Under the pieces are notes generated by a model. The model worked only from the letters and a program-made list of their open reading frames with translations, did no database searches and had not been told where the DNA came from. From a virus (taxonomy: Duplodnaviria; Caudoviricetes), in the IMG/VR virus record IMGVR_UViG_3300032253_000024, positions 1 to 34,818 of that record: DNA of 34,818 nucleotides; one strand, written 5' to 3'. The first letter of the stretch is position 1, and each line of letters begins with the position of its first letter. This document shows positions 25,938 to 32,326 of this stretch, in pieces. The translations under genes were made by a program, and so were the position numbers.

Positions 25938-28556
25938 CTAATTGTTCACCAGTTTAAAGTTAGCTTTCGGATCAATTGCCAGTGTCCGATCAATGTCCTT
26001 GATCTGACGTTCATATTCGTTATAGATCTCAGTCGGCTTCATGTTGCTGTAGTGTGTCGCGCTTCTGAGCGCCCATGGTCGCACTTCTGCAGGTCCTCTG
26101 ATGCCTCGCAGCTTCACACAGCCAGCCATATCACGCAGCACACGTCCAACCTTCGACGGTGTGAACCATGACGCATCTGAATACATCATGTCAGCGTGTC
26201 GCATGTCAGCCCCTCTCAGAGTCTCCACGACATCAGCAGCTGTCACCAGATCAGATCCGAATGCACCGATGCGATTATGGACAAATGCTTCAATCGTCTG
26301 TTGAGCAGATGACTTCGACGCCTCACGGATATCACGCAGGAAGTCAGTCATCGGTGGCGCTTCACCTGGGTTGAAGTCAGAGATGTCAACTTGAGTCAGC
26401 AGATAATTGATGCAATTCTCAACACCATCAGCTTGCATCCAGTTCCAGCGATCATTCCAATACTCACGCCATTCAGGGATCATCTCATCACGTTCATCAC
26501 GAACATTCAGCTCAGACCAGACGGCATATATGCGACGCGATGGTCCGTTCAACTTGATTGGCATCTGGCTATTTGTGGTCATTGATATGTTGATGATGTT
26601 GCGGACCTTGATCGGGCTGATGCCTTTCTGGTTCACTCGGAGTGTGTTCGGTGGTGCAGTCGCTAATGGTTTGATTTTATTCGATACCTCAACAGCTTGA
26701 GAATGATCACCGAGTTCAGTCTCATTGACGTGCAGGTACTTGGTAGCCAGCAGATACTCATTGAATCCGCTCAGCAGCTCGTGACCATCGATCACAGTCG
26801 CATAGTCATTCATGAACTCGATTAATGGATACAGCAGATAATCTTTCCCGGTGCCTTCCATGGAACCGAGCATCAACATGTGATTTATTTTGTTCTCTGG
26901 GTACAGCATCGTGTATGCCATCCATTTGAGCATATGATCACGGTGTTCGGACCATCCCATCGCGTCCCAGTGACCAAGCCAGCGAGAACAATCACCAGAC
27001 ACACCAGGGTTGAGACTCGCAGCTGACCAGAAATTCCCGTACACAATACCATTCTCTTTGAATATTTGCGGCTGCTTTGGTGCAAAATCCATCTTGTCGA
27101 CTTTCTCCATGAAGCCATCCTGCAGCGCCATTTTGCGTGCTTCAGGGTCCTCATGTGCAAACGAGTTCTGAAACGCCTCTGGTGTGTAAAATATTTTACT
27201 ACCGTGGTCATAGAATCGATTCTGCTCTTTGATGAAAATAATGTTCGTCATGAAGCTGATCTGCTTCACACTGTCGTTGTACCATTCTGACCTGAGGTCC
27301 TTCAGGATCGTTTTAAATTCGACTTTGGTCCAGTGCATCAGATCACAGATCTCATTGTGCCAGTGCGTGCGCTCGATGGTCGGTATGTCTTCGACTAGCT
27401 GCAGCACTTGTTGTGAGAGCTGACGTGCTTCTGCTGAATTTGGTCTCTCCCGACGCAGTGTATCAATCAGACCCTCAACTCCAGTCATGGCAGGAGGTGG
27501 AGCGGTGACATCTGCTTCAGTTTGACCGGCTGAGGCGTCACGAGGGATCTGATCAAATGACAACATCGGGAGAGAATTCTGTGGAGCCGGTGGGACATTC
27601 ACCGATTCCGTTATTTGTTGAAAGACTCGATCAGCTCTCCAGTTAGTGAGCCGCTGTCCGAAACCTGGAGCTTCACCATCGATGAACCGTATGAAATCGC
27701 GCGCTGTCTTTGTTTCACAATTGCCGTGATGACACTTGAATCCGATTGATCCGTCATCGTTTGTGAAGATAGCTGTCCCAGAATCGTCTTCTCCCGTGTG
27801 CTCACTAACCCAGGGACAAGTAATATCGAATCTTCCATCGGATCGCACCTCTTTGATTGTGATTATGTCAGGGATCTGCAGCAGCGGGTGATCTGGAATT
27901 GATGCTGCACCGTCGACGCGTCCTTCACGACGCGGGATGTCAAGGTTCACCACGAATGGATCAGCCAACAGCTCCAGCGTGGTCGTGCGCTCTGGGTGCC
28001 ACTCCAGCATCCTGCACTTGTACGGCTGACCGTTGATCATCTTTGCTGCTTTGGTGTTGTAGCCATCAGGAAGACGCACATATCGTGTGACACCCTTCAT
28101 GCCCGGGTCTTTACCTTGTGGCGCCAGACCGTTAGCGACCAGGCCATCGAGCAGGTTCTCGACACGTCCACGATCAGCACAAGGTTCAGCGAGAATATAA
28201 CCCCATTGCTCAGACCCCGGTGACGTCTCCAGTATCCATGCAGGCTCTGGCAGACGCTGAGCAGCTTCAATCGACAGCTTCTCACGGACATCATCGAGCA
28301 CGATCACACGGGTTCTCAGAAACAGTGCTTTTCTGCGACGTGCGATCCCTTTCTCATCGGGATTGAAGATTGAGATGGTGAAATATTGATTCGATTGACC
28401 GGTGTTGAACTGATAGCGACTGGACCAGTCACCCTTCCACGCGATCAAATGTTGATCTGAGGGAATGTCTGCAGGGTCATAGATAAAGTCCGTCACATGG
28501 ACAAATGGAGCATCTTCTTTGAATAATGCTTGCAGAAACTCTTGATTTGTTGGCAT
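25938..28556 (-). CDS. Primase-helicase (RepB-like primase, Zn-binding module, SF3/DUF5906 helicase)
   Basis: IVLDD, LETSPGSEQWGY and RYVRLP primase motifs; CPW..EH...FKCHHGNC; Walker A GSMEGTGKD; VNQKG; TTN; SRR. Confidence 0.88.
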   Translation of the reverse strand: MPTNQEFLQALFKEDAPFVHVTDFIYDPADIPSDQHLIAWKGDWSSRYQFNTGQSNQYFTISIFNPDEKGIARRRKALFLRTRVIVLDDVREKLSIEAAQRLPEPAWILETSPGSEQWGYILAEPCADRGRVENLLDGLVANGLAPQGKDPGMKGVTRYVRLPDGYNTKAAKMINGQPYKCRMLEWHPERTTTLELLADPFVVNLDIPRREGRVDGAASIPDHPLLQIPDIITIKEVRSDGRFDITCPWVSEHTGEDDSGTAIFTNDDGSIGFKCHHGNCETKTARDFIRFIDGEAPGFGQRLTNWRADRVFQQITESVNVPPAPQNSLPMLSFDQIPRDASAGQTEADVTAPPPAMTGVEGLIDTLRRERPNSAEARQLSQQVLQLVEDIPTIERTHWHNEICDLMHWTKVEFKTILKDLRSEWYNDSVKQISFMTNIIFIKEQNRFYDHGSKIFYTPEAFQNSFAHEDPEARKMALQDGFMEKVDKMDFAPKQPQIFKENGIVYGNFWSAASLNPGVSGDCSRWLGHWDAMGWSEHRDHMLKWMAYTMLYPENKINHMLMLGSMEGTGKDYLLYPLIEFMNDYATVIDGHELLSGFNEYLLATKYLHVNETELGDHSQAVEVSNKIKPLATAPPNTLRVNQKGISPIKVRNIINISMTTNSQMPIKLNGPSRRIYAVWSELNVRDERDEMIPEWREYWNDRWNWMQADGVENCINYLLTQVDISDFNPGEAPPMTDFLRDIREASKSSAQQTIEAFVHNRIGAFGSDLVTAADVVETLRGADMRHADMMYSDASWFTPSKVGRVLRDMAGCVKLRGIRGPAEVRPWALRSATHYSNMKPTEIYNEYERQIKDIDRTLAIDPKANFKLVNN

Positions 28557-28634
28557 AATTACATCCGTCAGGTTTTGGTCGATCTGGTTGTTCTCTCGAA
28601 AGCCCTGTTTCTTAATTGATTCAGGGCTTTTTTT
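28530..28634 (+). ncRNA. Candidate antisense RNA (about 70 nt) to the primase leader, including its promoter and terminator
   Basis: TTGCAG(28530-28535)-18 bp-CATAAT(28554-28559) with TGn extension; terminator AAAGCCCTG/CAGGGCTTT plus T run (28599-28634). Both face opposite to the local genes. Confidence 0.5.
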
Positions 28635-28677
28635 ACACCTGATCGTTTTTATATTTGTTCAGGTCAGAAATATCATC

Positions 28678-28914
28678 TTACTCTGGTGTGGTTTTCTGAG
28701 CAATTGGTTTGTTTGTATAACTCACCACATGAGCACGCTGGAACACACCCGTCAGACCTTCCAGCTTCACCGTGGTGCGATCCCGTGAGATTTCTATGAT
28801 CTCATGATAACGCGGTGTGCCGGCCAGCATGACACGAGTACCAGGTCGAAACACTTTGCTGAATTTCTTTTTCAGTGCTTTTTTTGCTGCTGTGATGCCG
28901 GGGTTATTGGTCAT
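28678..28914 (-). CDS. Small basic hypothetical protein (possible SH3/KOW-like fold)
   Basis: 78 aa, FRPGTRVML...IIEIS...VKLEG pattern; TAATG-coupled. Confidence 0.65.
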   Translation of the reverse strand: MTNNPGITAAKKALKKKFSKVFRPGTRVMLAGTPRYHEIIEISRDRTTVKLEGLTGVFQRAHVVSYTNKPIAQKTTPE

Positions 28915-29573
28915 TATTTTCCACCTTTGCTGATATATTCAGCAAACTGTTTCGCTTTGGTCACTAGACCGCGTGCGGTGTATTCCTTCTTAAACCGGCG
29001 ATAATGCAATCTACCATTAAAGATCATCTCAAGAGAACTGACACTGTAAGCACCTTCAAAATAGTTTGATCTCGCTCGAATGAGGCCGTGTACTGTTTCG
29101 ACCAGACCTTCTGTCTCACGCCAGATGCGACCATCCTGTTCACCTTTCTTTGATTCAAATCCACGACCTCCTCCTGATTTTGGATAGAGTGCATAATTTT
29201 GATCATTGACATCATCTGATGACTTCTGTGAAGCGGATTTATCACTCGAGTCATTGATTTTTATCGGACGGTCGTCGATGTCAGTCATCCCGCGTGTGAT
29301 GTAAGACTGCAGGAACATGACACAGCAACTGGCGTGATGCAGATGACTGAGGCCGGTCTCTGGGTCCAGATCTTGACCTTCAAACCATGCGAACAGGTGT
29401 CTGAGCGCTGCACCATAGACGCGGGAATATTCGATCCCTTTCTCCCAGTTGCGTGGTGCATACTTCTTTGCACCAAAGGTCAGCACCTGAGCTGTCCCCA
29501 TAAGTGCACCAATCGGTGCCTGATCGGTTCGGATCTTCTCACCGTCGTCTTTTGTACCAGTGTTATTGGTCAT
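28914..29573 (-). CDS. dATP/dGTP diphosphohydrolase-domain (DUF5664) protein with an extra C-terminal domain
   Basis: KDDGEK, VLTFGAKKYAPRNWEKG, AALRHL and DPETGLSHLHHA motifs. Start is ATG 29573 or GTG 29582. Confidence 0.85.
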   Translation of the reverse strand: MTNNTGTKDDGEKIRTDQAPIGALMGTAQVLTFGAKKYAPRNWEKGIEYSRVYGAALRHLFAWFEGQDLDPETGLSHLHHASCCVMFLQSYITRGMTDIDDRPIKINDSSDKSASQKSSDDVNDQNYALYPKSGGGRGFESKKGEQDGRIWRETEGLVETVHGLIRARSNYFEGAYSVSSLEMIFNGRLHYRRFKKEYTARGLVTKAKQFAEYISKGGK

Positions 29574-29823
29574 AGTGCTCACCTTCTCCCATGTTCCGGG
29601 CTATGTTGTCGATTCGATACTCTGGCCAGTCGTTGTCATGCTCATGGTTGAGCCAGAACTGGTGAGCACAGTAGATCAGATGCTTTGATGGTTGCGGGTA
29701 CTGACCGATCAGATCCGGTGTCAGCTGCTGCATGAACACATCAGACAACATCAGGATCACATCACCTGATTCATTGTTGCTGACGAATGTGATTCTGTCG
29801 ATCATTTGAATACTATGACTCAT
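29563..29823 (-). CDS. Hypothetical protein
   Basis: 86 aa; overlaps both neighbours in the operon. Confidence 0.6.
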   Translation of the reverse strand: MSHSIQMIDRITFVSNNESGDVILMLSDVFMQQLTPDLIGQYPQPSKHLIYCAHQFWLNHEHDNDWPEYRIDNIARNMGEGEHYDQ

Positions 29824-29921
29824 AAGTTATCCACTAAGTAAATCAGAGAAGCTGACATGATGGTCATGATGACTGCACCAATAGCGAATATGATCAGGTC
29901 TTCTTTGAGATGCTTATTCAT
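29820..29921 (-). CDS. Single-TM peptide, 33 aa (not in ORF track)
   Basis: MNKHLKEDLIIFAIGAVIMTIMSASLIYLVDNL; ATGA overlaps at both ends. Confidence 0.65.
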   Translation of the reverse strand: MNKHLKEDLIIFAIGAVIMTIMSASLIYLVDNL

Positions 29922-30154
29922 TTGAACAGCTCCCTCTTACGCTCTGCTGCACTGGCACAATGGACACAGGTGTCGATACCCGGGAGTGCAATCTGTCGTG
30001 CTGATGGGATCTCCAGACCACACTCAACACAATCAGTGGCGCTTTGTTTCGGATCACCTTGGTCATCAACATAACCTCTGGCTGCAGCGATCCTGAGCTT
30101 CAGTTCTTGTTCGGTGTGATCGTTTGCAACATCAACTTCATCTGCCATGGTCAT
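29918..30154 (-). CDS. traR: TraR/DksA-family C4 zinc-finger protein
   Basis: N-terminal DEVDVA (DxxDxA) motif and CVECGLEIPSARQIALPGIDTCVHC. Confidence 0.9.
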   Translation of the reverse strand: MTMADEVDVANDHTEQELKLRIAAARGYVDDQGDPKQSATDCVECGLEIPSARQIALPGIDTCVHCASAAERKRELFK

Positions 30155-30258
30155 ATCCCCTTTGGTGTTGTTATCTCACTGGTCTCATCAGGTGTGTCAC
30201 TGGAGCAGTCACCTGTGATCGCAATGAACAGAAAAATCATTATTATTGTTGTTTTCAT
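30151..30258 (-). CDS. Small signal/TM peptide, 35 aa (not in ORF track)
   Basis: MKTTIIMIFLFIAITGDCSSDTPDETSEITTPKGI; ATGA overlaps at both ends. Confidence 0.6.
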   Translation of the reverse strand: MKTTIIMIFLFIAITGDCSSDTPDETSEITTPKGI

Positions 30259-30329
30259 GTTAGTAACCAGTAAAAAAATACAATCAATAGCATCACGTAA
30301 CATGTCCAAAATTTCCCGAATACGCTCAT
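30255..30329 (-). CDS. Hydrophobic peptide, 24 aa (not in ORF track)
   Basis: MSVFGKFWTCYVMLLIVFFYWLLT. Strong AAGGAG SD; stop overlaps the next ATG. Confidence 0.6.
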   Translation of the reverse strand: MSVFGKFWTCYVMLLIVFFYWLLT

Positions 30330-30347
30330 GATCTACTCCTTGTAGTT

Positions 30348-30426
30348 AATAAAAGAGACCCTGCTGGTCATCCAATAAGAGTGATTAAAAGTTAAGTTTT
30401 AACATCTTCCAGCAGGGTCTCTTATT
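30348..30426 (-). promoter_or_regulatory. Leader stem-loop (attenuator or processing-site candidate)
   Basis: Perfect 15-bp inverted repeat 30353-30367/30409-30423 with a 41-nt loop and a U-rich tail on the minus strand. Confidence 0.65.
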
Positions 30427-30430
30427 CAGT

Positions 30431-30459
30431 AGTGTTGCACAGTGTTGAACAAAGTGCAA
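30431..30459 (-). promoter_or_regulatory. Putative promoter with tandem operator-like boxes
   Basis: TTGCAC (30459-30454) and a weak -10 AACACT at 17 bp. Boxes TGTTGCACA (30433) and TGTTGAACA (30443). Confidence 0.5.
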
Positions 30460-30473
30460 CTATTTAATAACAA

Positions 30474-30854
30474 TTATAATGACGCAGACTCGATGTACTG
30501 TTCAATAGTTTCAAATTTATCAGCAACACCGTGCTGCTCTGCTATCTCTAATTTAACACGCTGAGCGTTGATGCTTTCTTCACTCCACGGTGGGTTCTTT
30601 TTTTGTATTTCCAGCTGTTCAGCAACCTCTGGTAAATTATAAAAATCGACTTGTGAGATGATTTCCGGTTCCAATATATAAAGGACTTTTACACCAGTTT
30701 CTGCTTTTGTGCATCCATAGAAACCATTGTGATTCAGACTTGCAGTAGCGATTTGCAATGCTATATTTTTCAATGTTAATTCACTAATCGATTTAATTCT
30801 GATGACTTCATCAGCGTCGTTAATCATCTCATCAGTCAATTTTAATTTACTCAT
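30474..30854 (-). CDS. Hypothetical early protein, 126 aa
   Basis: GAGG SD before ATG 30854; has its own promoter; AT-rich. Confidence 0.7.
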   Translation of the reverse strand: MSKLKLTDEMINDADEVIRIKSISELTLKNIALQIATASLNHNGFYGCTKAETGVKVLYILEPEIISQVDFYNLPEVAEQLEIQKKNPPWSEESINAQRVKLEIAEQHGVADKFETIEQYIESASL

Positions 30855-30890
30855 TAGTCTGTCCTCTGTGTTGTTCGTTTCAATGATTCT

Positions 30891-30921
30891 ATTGTATGAC
30901 AATGTTTAACACTGTGCAACA
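30891..30921 (-). promoter_or_regulatory. Sigma70-like early promoter with three phased operator-like boxes
   Basis: TTGCAC(30919-30914)-17 bp-TACAAT(30896-30891). TGTATGACA, TGTTTAACA and TGTGCAACA at 30893, 30903 and 30913. Confidence 0.75.
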
Positions 30922-30935
30922 ACTTTCGTGAATTA

Positions 30936-31291
30936 TTTTCGGATACCTTCAGAAAAATAGCATCAGCTTCATGGATACATGGATACTTTTTGTTATCCTA
31001 CTTTTGACGGTTTTCGGATAACAGTCGGATAACAGCTTGCTTTTTTCGGATAACAGTCGGATACTATCGGATAACAAGTGGTTACCTTTATTTTTACATG
31101 GTGACTATAGTGTCCATAAAGTTCACTAGGATACTTTATTGAGATTTAATGTAAATTATTGATTTTAATGGTTAAAACAGAAATTATGGATAGCATGGAT
31201 ACATGGATACCGCAAAATAATTCTACCTTGTGAGTACAGTAGAGTGAAAAATCCATCCAGTGAGTTCAGAAATGGGTATCCATGTGTCCAT
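30936..31291. repeat. Iteron-like repeat array, candidate replication origin
   Basis: TCGGATAACAG at 31014, 31025, 31046 (variants at 30939, 31057, 31067). CATGGATAC at 30970, 30978, 31194, 31202 and inverted at 31276. AT-rich stretch about 31135-31186. Sits at the divergence point of the two arms. Confidence 0.75.
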
Positions 31292-31327
31292 AGTCTCCGC
31301 AAAATCCGTGACAACAATGGTGAGAAC

Positions 31328-31663
31328 ATGAAAATTCGTAAAAAAAGTGCAAAAAACACATCTGGTCAAGTCGGTGTTTATTACAATAAAACTGAGAAAA
31401 ACTGGATTGCTCGAATTAAACTCTCTGGTGAGTCTGTCTATCTCGGACGGTTTGAGCATTTTGCTGATGCGCGTGATGCCAGGCTTGCTGCTGAGGATCG
31501 AGTCAAGAGTATTGTCTTCATCAAAGACGCAACCGGTGAATATTGGTGTGCGATTGACACTATGACTCGTGAAGTCACTGGGACATATCAGAAGATCAGC
31601 TATTTTTTTCAGGAGGTGGTTGACGATTCTGTTCCAAAGCCTGCTCCTGTCAGTTTTATCTGA
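31328..31663 (+). CDS. AP2-domain DNA-binding protein (no HNH domain)
   Basis: NTSGQVGVYYNKTEKNWIARIKLSGESVYLGRFEHFADARDARLAAE is a typical AP2 pattern. ATG at 31328. Confidence 0.8.
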   Translation: MKIRKKSAKNTSGQVGVYYNKTEKNWIARIKLSGESVYLGRFEHFADARDARLAAEDRVKSIVFIKDATGEYWCAIDTMTREVTGTYQKISYFFQEVVDDSVPKPAPVSFI

Positions 31664-31708
31664 TTTGTGCCACAATGTTGATAATGATTGAACAACAAGG
31701 TGATCTGT

Positions 31709-32326
31709 ATGGTTGCTAAAAAGAAGACATCGGTGAAGAAGAAGGTCACAGTTAAGAAGAAGACTGTGACTAAGAAAAAAGCGAAAGCGAAAACCGAGAA
31801 AAAAGAAACAGCGACACTTGAGAACAGTAAGCTCTACACTGAAGACATCGCTGATGAGATCTGCAGTCGACTCTCTCAAGGTGAACCACTGCGACAGATC
31901 TGTCGTGATCTGAGAATGCCAGGCTGGGTGACTGTGTACAATTGGTGCAAGATTGATGACGGATTCAGTGAACGCATCGCGCGCGCGCGTAATATAGGGT
32001 TTGACTCCATCGCTGAGGACTGTTTACACATTGCTGATGGTCGAGATTATGCTGAGCGAGTGAGCTATCTAAGAAAGAGACTCAAAGAATGTGATGATCC
32101 GAAAGAGCAGTATCAGCTTGAAGTGGAGCTGGGTATCACATCCATGTCACCGAAAGAACTCGCACAACGTGACAAACTTCGAGTTGATACCCGGTTGAAA
32201 CTGCTGTCGAAGTGGGACCCGAAACGATACGGTGACAAGCTGGATCTCAATCACGGTGGTCAACCCGGTAACCCAGTCGAGACAGTTAAACGAGTGATAG
32301 TTGATGCCAAAAACACTGACGATTGA
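31709..32326 (+). CDS. terS: Terminase small subunit (Sf6-like) with a Lys-rich N-terminal tail
   Basis: YTEDIADEICSRLSQGEPLRQICRD..MP...TVYNW and KLRVDTRLKLLSKWDPKRYGDK. Lies upstream of TerL. Confidence 0.9.
   Translation: MVAKKKTSVKKKVTVKKKTVTKKKAKAKTEKKETATLENSKLYTEDIADEICSRLSQGEPLRQICRDLRMPGWVTVYNWCKIDDGFSERIARARNIGFDSIAEDCLHIADGRDYAERVSYLRKRLKECDDPKEQYQLEVELGITSMSPKELAQRDKLRVDTRLKLLSKWDPKRYGDKLDLNHGGQPGNPVETVKRVIVDAKNTDD

Noticed and set aside
28914-29573. Z-genome (2-aminoadenine) pathway
   Set aside because: No PurZ-like or DatZ-like gene is recognisable in the complete genome.
30936-31291. Repeats as a CRISPR or mini-CRISPR array
   Set aside because: Units are 8-11 bp and abutting, with no unique spacers of regular length.
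31223-31879. 218-aa minus-strand ORF and the other antisense or alternate-frame ORFs in the track (e.g. 19926-20531, 32653-33156)
   Set aside because: They shadow well-supported genes and lack motifs and ribosome-binding sites. Only the Rz1 overlap has independent support.
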